This document shows positions 10,603 to 19,708 of a DNA stretch of 64,000 bases, piece after piece. Both the position numbers and the translations under genes were made by a program. Under the pieces are notes generated by a model that saw only the letters and a list, made by a program, of their open reading frames with translations, did not search any database and was not told where the DNA came from. The DNA is from Escherichia phage KIT03: the sequence record AP018932. One strand, given 5' to 3'. Within the stretch, counting starts at the first letter, position 1; each line of letters opens with the position of its first letter.

Positions 10603-10910
10603 CGTAAATTCCCTGCAATTGGTATACTAACAATACGCCCAGTATCTAAAATTCGCCGATATAATCTTTGTGTGTCTACATCAGGCTTAACGTGTTTAAC
10701 TTCTATTTTATTAAACCAAAACTTGCGTGGAGTTTTAACTAATCTTGGAATTCCCATACCTAAAGCTAGTCGATACTGCTCTTTAAGAGTGGTAAATACT
10801 CTATCAGCAATCTCCCTTTCAAAAAATACAGCAGGACGATGTTCATCAAGAGGAACAGGCACCGCAAATCCATCTTTATCTCTATACACTATCGCATATA
10901 CATAAACCAT
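10599..10910 (-). CDS. hypothetical protein, 103 aa (dda.1 position)
   Basis: ORF with overlapping stop/start. Confidence 0.5.
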   Translation of the reverse strand: MVYVYAIVYRDKDGFAVPVPLDEHRPAVFFEREIADRVFTTLKEQYRLALGMGIPRLVKTPRKFWFNKIEVKHVKPDVDTQRLYRRILDTGRIVSIPIAGNLR

Positions 10911-10911
10911 A

Positions 10912-11658
10912 TTATCCTCGGATAAGTTTAAAAATTGAACAATTTAGCGGGTATCCTCTTTTCAGTTTAAGTTTATCAATAAAAGACAAGTTTTGATACC
11001 GCTCTACACCTTGAATAATTTTATCACACATATCATATTGCATTTCTGCTTCTGACAACTTTTTCACAATTTTCCAATCTGAGCCTTTAAGAAGAACGTT
11101 CAGTTTAACAACTTCAGCACCTTCTGCTATACGAGAACCATCAATACGAGCTTTAAGTGCTATAATCCTTAGCTTAATGTCAGAGGTCTGTTTTGATTTA
11201 GAAAGCTGAGAAATGTGCTCAATTCGGTTTTCACGTTTTTTCTGTATAGCTTTAATTTGATTATAAGTCTTTTTGATTTTAGCCCATTTCTTTTCATCTA
11301 AATTTAGTTTATGAACTTTTTTCGCAGATGAACGACCAATTCGCAAAGCAAATAAATCACGCTTTTCAATCAACTCTTCTAAAGTATAATCAGAACGAAA
11401 TGTATTATACTTTTTCTTTACTGCAATAACATTCCCTTTAATATATCCAACGTTATTATCAAAACGTTCTAATGATAATTTCTCTCCTTCAATACGATTA
11501 TCAAAAGGTTCTCCCGAGTAAGCGCAAACTTTTTGATCTAAAATATTCTTAATGTAATTGAAGTCTAAGTTAAAATCTTTAGAACGTCTTTTTGCAGATG
11601 CCTGAGTATGCTCTAAACGACGTTTAATTTTACGAATTTGATTATTAGACAGTTTCAT
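10912..11658 (-). CDS. srd: Srd-like protein, 248 aa
   Basis: length and position between dda and modA match recalled T4 srd. Confidence 0.5.
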   Translation of the reverse strand: MKLSNNQIRKIKRRLEHTQASAKRRSKDFNLDFNYIKNILDQKVCAYSGEPFDNRIEGEKLSLERFDNNVGYIKGNVIAVKKKYNTFRSDYTLEELIEKRDLFALRIGRSSAKKVHKLNLDEKKWAKIKKTYNQIKAIQKKRENRIEHISQLSKSKQTSDIKLRIIALKARIDGSRIAEGAEVVKLNVLLKGSDWKIVKKLSEAEMQYDMCDKIIQGVERYQNLSFIDKLKLKRGYPLNCSIFKLIRG

Positions 11659-11693
11659 ATTTTTCTCACATCTTACGGACGATTGACTACTAT

Positions 11694-11723
11694 ACTATAA
11701 CATTTTTACCTTAGCTTGTAAAC
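11694..11723 (-). promoter_or_regulatory. T4 early-type promoter
   Basis: GTTTAC-n18-TATAGT. Confidence 0.5.
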
Positions 11724-11780
11724 AACTTTATGTAAAAATGCTTTAAAAATTTCATGGTATAATGAATCTAAGTCCTTCCA

Positions 11781-12383
11781 TTATAGATTAAATCCTTCAA
11801 AATCAAGAGTATAGATAGTGTATGTTGAATACTTTTTATACTCATATCTATCTGCAATTCTAAATACACTTCCAGCTGGTATCATTACTTCTTGTTCATC
11901 TGAAACTAATTCCATATTACGATAACGATGGCTATCCGGAAACTTAAAGTTTGGATTGTATTCTTTACAGCGTAGAGCTTTTATAGCATACTCCTGGAAA
12001 TTGAATACCATAGGAGCTTTGAATTCAAAAATAACCTGTGTGTTATACTCTAAACCGGAAGCAAAATGTAAAGCTATATTTTTATCATATGAAGCTGATA
12101 CGACTTTATCAAATGTAATAATATCAATTCCTTGATTTAACACCTGCTTAGTCTCAGCTGGAACACCTCTCCAAAGAGGTTTATCGTTTGGAACCAAACG
12201 AGATTTGATTATTTCATTTAACCAAGTATGGTCATCTGGCTTATTAGTAATACAATGAATTAAAAGTTCAATTTCAGATAAATTAAACCCTTCAGAAAGT
12301 AATTCTTCACGAATAGAAGCACGCACCGATGCATCCATTGATTTTATTTTAAAATCTTTTAGTTGCATTACTGAGTATTTCAT
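11781..12383 (-). CDS. modA: ADP-ribosyltransferase ModA
   Basis: 200 aa equals recalled T4 ModA length; tandem with 207-aa paralog. Confidence 0.7.
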   Translation of the reverse strand: MKYSVMQLKDFKIKSMDASVRASIREELLSEGFNLSEIELLIHCITNKPDDHTWLNEIIKSRLVPNDKPLWRGVPAETKQVLNQGIDIITFDKVVSASYDKNIALHFASGLEYNTQVIFEFKAPMVFNFQEYAIKALRCKEYNPNFKFPDSHRYRNMELVSDEQEVMIPAGSVFRIADRYEYKKYSTYTIYTLDFEGFNL

Positions 12384-13003
12384 TCAACTACCTCAATATC
12401 ATAAACTTTAAATGTTCCAAATGAATCGTGTAATTTTTCTTTTGAAATAGAAGTTATTTTATACTTTCCAATTGGAATCATCCATTCTTGTTCATGCACA
12501 GTCATCATTAAGTTATCAGTACGCTCTGAATCTAACCCATCAGTATCTTCATATGTATACTTAAACTCAGTATTAGGAGAAGAAAGTATAATATCGCTGA
12601 TATGGTCAGAGTAATTAAAAGCTTTATCAGTTTTTAAGCGAAGTATTGTTTCAGTGAAATATTCAGCATAAGAAAAAGAACACGCTGTATGCAAACTAGT
12701 AGTAAATGAATCTACCCTGTTCGTTGAAAACACTTCTCCAACTTGTAAATCTTTAATGAGTTCTTTTGTCGATTTTGATATACCACGATATAACTGATAA
12801 GGCGATTTAGTTAAATGCTTTTTAATGATTTTATTCAACTGTCTGTGAAGAGCTTCATTCTTTTTGGCTTCCATACATTGCCAAAGAATTGATTGTTCAA
12901 AATCAGTAAACTTTTCACAAACCTTTTTATACATATCATATTGAAAATCAACGCTTTCAGCTTTTATAGATAACTGTTCAACATCTGCAAGATTAATAAT
13001 CAT
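12380..13003 (-). CDS. modB: ADP-ribosyltransferase ModB
   Basis: 207 aa equals recalled T4 ModB length; paralogous to modA. Confidence 0.7.
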   Translation of the reverse strand: MIINLADVEQLSIKAESVDFQYDMYKKVCEKFTDFEQSILWQCMEAKKNEALHRQLNKIIKKHLTKSPYQLYRGISKSTKELIKDLQVGEVFSTNRVDSFTTSLHTACSFSYAEYFTETILRLKTDKAFNYSDHISDIILSSPNTEFKYTYEDTDGLDSERTDNLMMTVHEQEWMIPIGKYKITSISKEKLHDSFGTFKVYDIEVVE

Positions 13004-13019
13004 GATAGCCTCCGTATAC

Positions 13020-13049
13020 TTCAGAAGCTATCATATCATTGTTAGAAAG
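13020..13049 (-). promoter_or_regulatory. T4 early-type promoter
   Basis: GTTTAC-n18-TATGAT with TG extension. Confidence 0.5.
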
Positions 13050-13070
13050 GAAAGTAAACAACTTTTTGAA

Positions 13071-13253
13071 TTATTTTGCCCAGGGAGCCCAGGGCGGAGG
13101 GTCAAGATGGTATGAAGCTAGTTCTTCTAGAAGAGCATCTGGGGCTTCAATTCCATAATTCTGTAATACTATACGGTACTCTTTCTTATAATCACTAGAA
13201 TCATTCTGGATATTCGTAGAATGATTATCTTCTAACATCTCAAATAAATCCAT
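13071..13253 (-). CDS. hypothetical protein, 60 aa, Pro/Trp-rich C-terminus
   Basis: ORF; short GC-rich 3' end cccagggagcccagggcgg. Confidence 0.4.
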   Translation of the reverse strand: MDLFEMLEDNHSTNIQNDSSDYKKEYRIVLQNYGIEAPDALLEELASYHLDPPPWAPWAK

Positions 13254-13261
13254 ATTAATTC

Positions 13262-13732
13262 CTAGCGGTAAAAACCAAAATAACGGTTAGTTTCAATAAT
13301 CTTTCTTTCTTCTTCGGACATTCTCCAGCGTAGTCCAACATCAAAATGAGCCCAGACCATCTTAACAAATGCATTTATATCTTTAATATCTTCAATAATG
13401 AATGTTTTACTTTTAGAAGGTTGACTCGCTAATTTAACTTTATCGTCTTCAAACAGGTCAAAAAGACCATATTCATGAGCTCTTTTATAGCCTTTAATAG
13501 TTAAAGCTTCAGAAGAAGAAAATGGTGAATCAGTATTCTGCAAAATATCTTCAGTATGCTTTATAATTAGAATAACATTTTCTGGATATTTTCTTTCTTT
13601 TATATCTTTAATTAAAATATCCGGATTTTCTGCTAAAGGAATAATTAATGAGCACTCTTTATCAAGTGTATTTACCGATTTACCTTCTTTAGACATAAAT
13701 TCTATTGAATAATGTTTTGCTACTTCAATCAT
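13262..13732 (-). CDS. hypothetical protein, 156 aa
   Basis: ORF. Confidence 0.5.
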   Translation of the reverse strand: MIEVAKHYSIEFMSKEGKSVNTLDKECSLIIPLAENPDILIKDIKERKYPENVILIIKHTEDILQNTDSPFSSSEALTIKGYKRAHEYGLFDLFEDDKVKLASQPSKSKTFIIEDIKDINAFVKMVWAHFDVGLRWRMSEEERKIIETNRYFGFYR

Positions 13733-13890
13733 GTGATTTCCTCTTGCCTACTAATGGGCCGTCAGGAATTTTGTTTTCCTGGATATATTTCTCATTTTCT
13801 TCCATCATTTTACTGCCAATTTTAAGAAGCAAATCCAATGCTTCATTTGCTTTAGCCTTGGCCTCTTCTAACGTCATATCTCTGTTCATG
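13726..13890 (-). CDS. small hypothetical protein, 54 aa
   Basis: hand-translated [37 protein letters not shown]...; fills gap between flanking ORFs. Confidence 0.4.
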
Positions 13891-14089
13891 ATTTATCCCC
13901 ATAGATGTCTCTCATCAATTTAAGCGCTGAGCGTTCTAATTTCTTTTCTTTCTCAACGCTAATCATTGATTTCATCCATTCTTCTGATTCGTTCTGCATT
14001 TCTTTATTTGCCTGTTCAACCCAACCATCATCAATGTACATTGAGTTTGGTCTATTGAACCATTCAAACATTTTCTTCAGAACTTTCAT
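13886..14089 (-). CDS. hypothetical protein, 67 aa
   Basis: ORF. Confidence 0.45.
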   Translation of the reverse strand: MKVLKKMFEWFNRPNSMYIDDGWVEQANKEMQNESEEWMKSMISVEKEKKLERSALKLMRDIYGDKS

Positions 14090-14561
14090 TTGTTTTACCT
14101 AAAACAACAGTAGGAGCATCATCAAATTCATGAATTTTTAGCAAATTTGGATGTAAACTATTCCATACAGAAGAAATAAAGTATGATAAAGCATCTTCAC
14201 TCACAATTATAAATTTATTTCCTTTATCTATTTTCCAGCTATATACTGAATCATACGAATAGAAAGATAGAGGATTATCATTATATTGTTCTGCGCTAAC
14301 ATTAATGTATTCGGATTTAGTAAATGCTTCAATTGCTCTAAACGGAATATTTGGTACAGTTTCAATAATTCCGATCTTTTTAAGTTTTATTTCAGCATCT
14401 TCTGGAACTGGCATTGAAACGAAATTTTCTACGAGATACATTGGGTCACAATAACCCTTATCAATCATTACTGCTACTGTAATTGGAACATCTTTAGCAA
14501 ACGACATGCTATTACTGCTAATATACATTTCAAACAAAATCGCTTCCATAATTTTCCTCAA
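14064..14561 (-). CDS. hypothetical protein, 165 aa
   Basis: ORF. Confidence 0.5.
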   Translation of the reverse strand: MRKIMEAILFEMYISSNSMSFAKDVPITVAVMIDKGYCDPMYLVENFVSMPVPEDAEIKLKKIGIIETVPNIPFRAIEAFTKSEYINVSAEQYNDNPLSFYSYDSVYSWKIDKGNKFIIVSEDALSYFISSVWNSLHPNLLKIHEFDDAPTVVLGKTNESSEENV

Positions 14562-14899
14562 TCACAAGATGTAGATGAACAACTAGAATCACAAGAACTT
14601 TCACATGAATCACCCGTCCACACATGAACAGGAACATTAGTATCATATGAATCAGAACTAGACTGTGTATTCTGCGTATTAGATGATGTAGTAGGTGTTG
14701 ACCAGCGCCAAGGATTTTTATAATATTCCTGGGCTTCTTCATAAGTCATAGTAACTGCTTCTACTGTTCCATCTCCCATATAAACATATTCAACTACAGT
14801 TAAAGGGAGGTAGTCATTTGAAATAGGAACTACACCTTCTCCGGGAGTTGTAGAGAAAAAATCCGTAAAGAAACTTTTAAACCAATTAAAGATAAACAT
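14558..14899 (-). CDS. hypothetical protein, 113 aa, Cys/Ser-rich C-terminal tail
   Basis: C-terminus [19 protein letters not shown]. Confidence 0.5.
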   Translation of the reverse strand: MFIFNWFKSFFTDFFSTTPGEGVVPISNDYLPLTVVEYVYMGDGTVEAVTMTYEEAQEYYKNPWRWSTPTTSSNTQNTQSSSDSYDTNVPVHVWTGDSCESSCDSSCSSTSCD

Positions 14900-15105
14900 T
14901 ACAAAAAGCCTCTCTTGAATTCGACTTGCTTCTCGCCATAATCATATCGAATCTCTGCATTAAATTCGACAGAACCATCTGCGTACATCATAAATGAATG
15001 CACAACAACTTCTGTAGACCATGGCTGCAGTTCATATTTCTTCATTACATGCCGTGAAATGATAATATCTAAATCTTCATTTGGTTTAATCCAGCGATTT
15101 AACAT
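14899..15105 (-). CDS. hypothetical protein, 68 aa
   Basis: ORF. Confidence 0.45.
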   Translation of the reverse strand: MLNRWIKPNEDLDIIISRHVMKKYELQPWSTEVVVHSFMMYADGSVEFNAEIRYDYGEKQVEFKRGFL

Positions 15106-15174
15106 AGTGCTCTCCTCTATAAGATAATTCTATTATACCATACTCATTTTGATATGTAAACTGCAAAAACGAAA

Positions 15175-15197
15175 AAAGGAACCCCGAAGGATTCCTT
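15175..15197 (-). terminator. hairpin with UUCG loop directly after soc stop
   Basis: plus aaggaa-ccccgaagga-ttcctt. Confidence 0.5.
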
Positions 15198-15202
15198 AAA
15201 TT

Positions 15203-15460
15203 TTAACCACCAATACCTGGAGTTGGCGTAACAGTCCAAAGACCTTCATTAGCAGTGATCCATTCAGTACGCTGATTTTCTTCATATACTGTAGAATATG
15301 CTGCTTTTTCAGAAGGGAATGTCTGATAATGAGCACCAGAAATTTTGTGAACATCAGAATAAAGAGGGAAAGCTACAGAAATTTCTTTACCCTGAATTGT
15401 ACCACCATCAACTGCTTGGTCAAATGTTTTGATATTAACATAACCGCGAGTACTAGCCAT
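15203..15460 (-). CDS. soc: small outer capsid protein Soc
   Basis: 85-aa ORF beginning MASTRGYVNIKTF with FPLYSDVHKISGAHYQTFPSEKAAYSTVYEENQRTEWI, matching recalled T4 Soc. Confidence 0.9.
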   Translation of the reverse strand: MASTRGYVNIKTFDQAVDGGTIQGKEISVAFPLYSDVHKISGAHYQTFPSEKAAYSTVYEENQRTEWITANEGLWTVTPTPGIGG

Positions 15461-15476
15461 GTAATTCTCCTTTTAT

Positions 15477-15686
15477 TTAAATTACATGATTATTTATAAT
15501 AAATTCTCGCGGAACGTTAAAATATCCGATTTTAGTTAATATAACAACATCACCATTAATAATTACCGGAGAATAATCTTCTGAAGCATTAAATTTCCAA
15601 TGGGCTCTAATATTATATCCATCAGAACCAAATGCTCGACTAGCCGTTCTCCCGGCTTTTTGCCATGCATAAAAATCAAATTTCAT
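15477..15686 (-). CDS. hypothetical protein, 69 aa
   Basis: ORF. Confidence 0.45.
   Translation of the reverse strand: MKFDFYAWQKAGRTASRAFGSDGYNIRAHWKFNASEDYSPVIINGDVVILTKIGYFNVPREFIINNHVI
15491..15498 (-). promoter_or_regulatory. late promoter TATAAATA for soc
   Basis: exact TATAAATA on minus strand about 30 nt upstream of soc ATG, followed by AAGGAGA RBS. Confidence 0.6.
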
Positions 15687-15886
15687 TTTGAATGCTCTAT
15701 AATTAATTTTAAGGCTTCTTCACGCACCAACTTGTCTAATGGTATATGCCCAGTTTTAATTGTGTAAGCTTTGTGGAGCTGATTAGATAAGAGCTCGTAT
15801 GTGAGCTCTTTGTCATAATCTTTAAATAGCTGGTCAATACGTTTCTTGCGGGCTTTCTTAAGCTGGCGTTTATTTAAACGAGCCAT
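15683..15886 (-). CDS. hypothetical protein, 67 aa
   Basis: ORF. Confidence 0.45.
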   Translation of the reverse strand: MARLNKRQLKKARKKRIDQLFKDYDKELTYELLSNQLHKAYTIKTGHIPLDKLVREEALKLIIEHSK

Positions 15887-16404
15887 TAATAGCCTCTGTC
15901 TTGACGAGCGAAGTTTTCAGCATTTTTCAGATAATAAAGTTTAAATATTTCTTCAGCTGACATTCCAAGAGCAATAAATTTATTCATGAAAAAGTGAAAT
16001 TGGTCAATCAGTTCAAATTTAATTTCAAGCTGATCTTCAGGAGATAAGTCTTGAATTTTCTTGGATTGCATTTCAGAATAACGTTTCTTCCAAGGTTTCC
16101 ATACAGCAGAAGCTTCTTTTTCACCATTACTCATACCACCAAGAGAAGTATATAGCTCGCGAGTTTCGTCTGCGATATAATCGTCTTGGTTTCGCAGCCA
16201 AGCAAGAACTTCTCCTGCAGTTTCAAGTGAATCAGGATGACGATTTGTTTCTGGTTTATCATTAGCCAAACGAATCTGTAAATGCCGCTGCATGTCAAGC
16301 ATAACCTGCAATGGGTCAATACTGTGCATAATATACTCAGCATATGCACGATTTGCTTTATCAACACCTTCGATCAAATGAGCACATTCGTTAAAGTAAG
16401 CCAT
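15886..16404 (-). CDS. 56: dCTPase/dUTPase gp56 (MazG-like)
   Basis: start set to ATG at 16402-16404 (172 aa, close to recalled T4 gp56 171 aa); ORF-track N-terminal extension is antisense of a plus-strand ORF. Confidence 0.75.
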   Translation of the reverse strand: MAYFNECAHLIEGVDKANRAYAEYIMHSIDPLQVMLDMQRHLQIRLANDKPETNRHPDSLETAGEVLAWLRNQDDYIADETRELYTSLGGMSNGEKEASAVWKPWKKRYSEMQSKKIQDLSPEDQLEIKFELIDQFHFFMNKFIALGMSAEEIFKLYYLKNAENFARQDRGY

Positions 16405-16438
16405 TATTTTTCCTTTCAATTCATGGGTTAGTAGATTA

Positions 16439-16462
16439 ATTATACAATAAATATATAAAGCA
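16439..16462 (-). promoter_or_regulatory. middle (MotA-type) promoter for gene 56
   Basis: minus strand TGCTTTA - 11 nt - TATAAT. Confidence 0.5.
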
Positions 16463-16475
16463 ATAAGGAGGACAT

Positions 16476-16676
16476 ATGGTACAAAAATTAATGGCACTTG
16501 TTAATGCCATAAAAGGTAATAAAAAACGTATAGCTTTTACTATTTCTGCTATGGTAGGAATTTTACTCTGGAACTTTATTTTATCACCAATTGCAATTGC
16601 ACATGGTGTTAATATTCCAGTAGTTACTCTTGATACATTCGTAGATCTAGCATTTGCTTTAGTTGGGTTAATTTAA
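16476..16676 (+). CDS. small hydrophobic protein, 66 aa, on the opposite strand
   Basis: AAGGAGG 4 nt before ATG; two hydrophobic segments; sits in the otherwise non-coding 56-61 interval. Confidence 0.4.
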   Translation: MVQKLMALVNAIKGNKKRIAFTISAMVGILLWNFILSPIAIAHGVNIPVVTLDTFVDLAFALVGLI

Positions 16677-17701
16677 ATCTTAGCATATTTAGATAGCCGC
16701 ATTTTAGCCATCAACCCCTGGGCAATATTATTTTTCATATATTCCATAATTTGTTCAGGGGTTGCACCTTCCTTTCTAATCATATCATTGACATCTTTTG
16801 ATTTCCAGGGAGATTTATCCCAAAACATAACCCTTTCTCCTGCATCAACTAATTTAGTCATTCGCTTGATAGTGTCAGGGTGACGAGGTTCATTATCTAA
16901 AACCCACACTCGTCTATCTTTAAATGGAACAACTTCTAGGTCTAATTGACCGCCAGTAATGGCTATACCATTTTCAATAAAAAGTGAATCGATAGGTCCT
17001 TCTAGAACATATACATCACCATCTTTAACTCGTTCAACACCGTAAATTTTTGTTGCCTCAGGATAAGCTTTAATGGTGATATATTTTTGAGGAGCATCTT
17101 TCTTTAATGCACGTCCTTGAAAAGACTCAGCTTTTCCATTAGCATTATAAATTGGAATAACAAGACGAGGCTCAGGAATTTCCTTTTTGTATGTTCCTGG
17201 TGCTATGCTATTAACTAATTTAGGCCATTCGGTTGTAAACCAAAGATATTTCCATTTATCCTTTGGAATACAACGAGCTTTTACGTATTTTATAATTGGA
17301 TGGTCTTCCGCCAGTTTATCTAATCTAACACATGACGGAAGAGATTTAATTATTTTCTTCTCAGGTTGTTTAGGAAGTTCTTTAGGTTTTTCTACTGGAC
17401 GACTTTTACCTTTTTCTTTTCTTATTTCAAAGATATACTCACGATATAAATCGGGTTCAAACTCCTTTAAATATATTCCGATTGGTGCATGATAGTTACA
17501 GTTATAACAATGAATATTTCCTTCATTATTATCACCATAATACCATCCACGAGCTTTATTTTGGTCGGTTTTTGAATCTCCACAAACAGGGCATCTAAAC
17601 CGCAATTTAAAAGTTGAACTATTATTTACTTGTGTGAATTTAGGTAAATGAGCTAATGCACGGTATGCAAACTCATTATCAATCCAAGGTATTGATGACA
17701 T
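16673..17701 (-). CDS. 61: DNA primase gp61
   Basis: 342 aa equals recalled T4 gp61 length; N-terminal zinc ribbon CPVCGDS...CYNC. Confidence 0.9.
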   Translation of the reverse strand: MSSIPWIDNEFAYRALAHLPKFTQVNNSSTFKLRFRCPVCGDSKTDQNKARGWYYGDNNEGNIHCYNCNYHAPIGIYLKEFEPDLYREYIFEIRKEKGKSRPVEKPKELPKQPEKKIIKSLPSCVRLDKLAEDHPIIKYVKARCIPKDKWKYLWFTTEWPKLVNSIAPGTYKKEIPEPRLVIPIYNANGKAESFQGRALKKDAPQKYITIKAYPEATKIYGVERVKDGDVYVLEGPIDSLFIENGIAITGGQLDLEVVPFKDRRVWVLDNEPRHPDTIKRMTKLVDAGERVMFWDKSPWKSKDVNDMIRKEGATPEQIMEYMKNNIAQGLMAKMRLSKYAKI

Positions 17702-17702
17702 T

Positions 17703-17868
17703 TTTACTCTTCTTTTTCTTTAGATTCCTCTTTTTTCTTTTTAGGAATCTGTTCAGGACCTTTATTTACTACAGCACCCGACGTTGTTCCAGTAGAGATA
17801 TTTTCAGGATTACCACCTGAATCTCCAGCTACCATATCTTCTTTGATAAATTCTTTATATGTTTTCAT
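17703..17868 (-). pseudogene. small ORF with capsid-targeting-sequence-like N-terminus (MKTYKEFIKE), interrupted by a frameshift in an A4 run
   Basis: frame from ATG 17868 stops at 17752; removing one A restores a 54-aa ORF ending next to the gene 61 start. Confidence 0.3.
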
Positions 17869-17910
17869 ATTAACCTCTATTCATAAAAGCATTAAAAATT
17901 TGGTCATCAA
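17861..17910 (-). repeat. about 45-nt direct repeat, copy 1 (3' end of gene plus junction)
   Basis: catattaacctctattcataaaagcattaaaaatttg... nearly identical to 18221-18269. Confidence 0.7.
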
Positions 17911-18226
17911 TCAATGGAATAGCAACTTTTTCTGCATCATTTAGCAAATCATTAATTTCATCAGATAGCATAACACATGTATCTTTATTTCCTGTAATTG
18001 TTACTGCGCAATTACGAACATTTTCTTTATTAAATTTTAGGTTAATATTTTCGTAATGAAAATCCTTTAATGCTGAATATATTTTTAAAATAAAATTGTC
18101 TTTTACTACAATAAACCCAACCTCACTATTAAAACGTGGCTCATGGAAACTGTAATAAACCTTTTCATCTATAAAATCGTATGAAATTTTTTCCATTTTT
18201 AAATATGAAAATTCAGAACTATACAT
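17870..18226 (-). CDS. hypothetical protein, 118 aa, C-terminus DDQIFNAFMNRG
   Basis: ORF; shares C-terminal tail with next gene. Confidence 0.5.
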   Translation of the reverse strand: MYSSEFSYLKMEKISYDFIDEKVYYSFHEPRFNSEVGFIVVKDNFILKIYSALKDFHYENINLKFNKENVRNCAVTITGNKDTCVMLSDEINDLLNDAEKVAIPLIDDQIFNAFMNRG

Positions 18227-18269
18227 ATTAACCTTTATTCATAAAAGCATTAAAAATTTGATCGTCAAT
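18221..18269 (-). repeat. about 45-nt direct repeat, copy 2
   Basis: matches 17861-17910 with 3 mismatches. Confidence 0.7.
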
Positions 18270-18854
18270 AGAAACTTTTACTTTAGGCTGTTCTTCAAAC
18301 GGTAATTCATATCCACATATTACAATTTTGTGATCGATACCAAAATGCACAGAAGCAATATGATTAATGTTATTTTCAGTAAAGTCTAAATCAACATCAA
18401 TATCTTTTTGACCACAGCCCAAAGGATAAATAATGCGAGTAATTCGATTATCTTTAACAAAGATTCCACCGACATACTCTGTGCTGAGTTTAAAGTCTAC
18501 ACGCCGACGAAATGAAAAATATTCAGGCTCTTTATGAGCTCGGCTCATAGGACACAACGAGTAACTAGAATAAGAGATGTCAAATCCTACACCTTCAATA
18601 TGAGCCAAAGTATTACGATTAAACCAATTATAATCGTACGCCAAATCCATTAGATTATAATATGTAAAAGGCACCGGATTAACATCATTAGTCACAAGCA
18701 TGTAATTAGCAACTGCTATAATTTCATTGTTTTTAACGAATACAAACCGTGATTGATGCGAATGACCTGGACCCGCGTTTTCACGATTAATGATATAACA
18801 CTGGGCACCTTTATATTTGTATGTATCTTTGCACTTGTGCATTTGATAGAGCAT
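18228..18854 (-). CDS. hypothetical protein, 208 aa, C-terminus DDQIFNAFMNKG (T4 61.2 position)
   Basis: ORF; paralogous tail. Confidence 0.55.
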   Translation of the reverse strand: MLYQMHKCKDTYKYKGAQCYIINRENAGPGHSHQSRFVFVKNNEIIAVANYMLVTNDVNPVPFTYYNLMDLAYDYNWFNRNTLAHIEGVGFDISYSSYSLCPMSRAHKEPEYFSFRRRVDFKLSTEYVGGIFVKDNRITRIIYPLGCGQKDIDVDLDFTENNINHIASVHFGIDHKIVICGYELPFEEQPKVKVSIDDQIFNAFMNKG

Positions 18855-19147
18855 TATTCACCTACCACTTCAGCGATGATATTTTTATTATTAAAGTTTT
18901 TATCGCAATATAGAACATAATTATACTGCATTACACCACCAGACTTAAGCTGTTTTTGCACTTCAGCTTTCATTTCAGGACGATCACGCTCAACGATATT
19001 CATAATATCTGCTTCAATTTGGGTTTCAACTTCAGTCTGATCTGCAGTCATAGACCACTCACACAAATCTTTGTCATAACCCGCCATAGCAGGCTGAGCA
19101 GCGCAAGAAGATAAAGCAAAAATTGCAGCAAAGATAAATTTTTTCAT
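18854..19147 (-). CDS. sp: Spackle periplasmic protein
   Basis: 97 aa with cleavable signal peptide; length and position match recalled T4 sp. Confidence 0.7.
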   Translation of the reverse strand: MKKFIFAAIFALSSCAAQPAMAGYDKDLCEWSMTADQTEVETQIEADIMNIVERDRPEMKAEVQKQLKSGGVMQYNYVLYCDKNFNNKNIIAEVVGE

Positions 19148-19175
19148 GATAATCTCCTCAGTAGTTTATGTTTAT

Positions 19176-19205
19176 ATAATATCTCAATTTCCAATAAAAG
19201 TAAAC
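19176..19205 (-). promoter_or_regulatory. T4 early-type promoter
   Basis: GTTTAC-n18-TATTAT. Confidence 0.45.
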
Positions 19206-19207
19206 AG

Positions 19208-19465
19208 TTATTTTAAAACTTCTGCATAATCACATGTTACAAACTGTTTCTCTAGTTTAATAATTTTACGAAAGTATCTTTTGCATTGACGAATCTGCCG
19301 CTTCGTAGGGCGCACAGCAAACTTAATAAATTCCACTCGACCAAATGGAGGGCTTTCTTCTGCCGGAATATCTAACACCAATTCCCACGTATCTGCAACA
19401 AGTGCTTTGAATTGAGTATTTTTCCTGACGTTATACGGAGTAGGTTTAAATAAAACGATATGCAT
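19208..19465 (-). CDS. hypothetical protein, about 85 aa (61.4 position)
   Basis: ATG at 19463-19465 with GAGGA RBS; ORF-track start is a TTG extension overlapping dmd. Confidence 0.45.
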   Translation of the reverse strand: MHIVLFKPTPYNVRKNTQFKALVADTWELVLDIPAEESPPFGRVEFIKFAVRPTKRQIRQCKRYFRKIIKLEKQFVTCDYAEVLK

Positions 19466-19466
19466 A

Positions 19467-19649
19467 TTATCCTCGGCAATCCACTTCACATACTTTCTTA
19501 TCATCAATGAAAGCTTTAACTAGCGCTTTATTAACTTCAGCATATTGAGTAGTAGCCCATTGAACGTCATCTTTCATCATTGTGATTTCTTTAGTAAACA
19601 TGCTTTCGTTCTTAAACCACCCCATAAAAACTACCTTTACCAATTCCAT
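19467..19649 (-). CDS. dmd: Dmd, antitoxin against RnlA/LsoA
   Basis: 60 aa equals recalled T4 Dmd length; position just upstream of sp and downstream of gene 41. Confidence 0.65.
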   Translation of the reverse strand: MELVKVVFMGWFKNESMFTKEITMMKDDVQWATTQYAEVNKALVKAFIDDKKVCEVDCRG

Positions 19650-19678
19650 AACAATCTCCTCATTTAACCAACAAGACT

Positions 19679-19708
19679 ACTATACCATAGTCTTGTCGGC
19701 TTGTAAAC
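19679..19708 (-). promoter_or_regulatory. T4 early-type promoter
   Basis: GTTTAC-n18-TATAGT with TG extension. Confidence 0.55.

Noticed and set aside
13071-13110. Short GC-rich tract cccagggagcccagggcgg, considered as a possible foreign insertion.
   Set aside because: Only about 30 nt, inside the 3' end of a small ORF; too short to call horizontal transfer.
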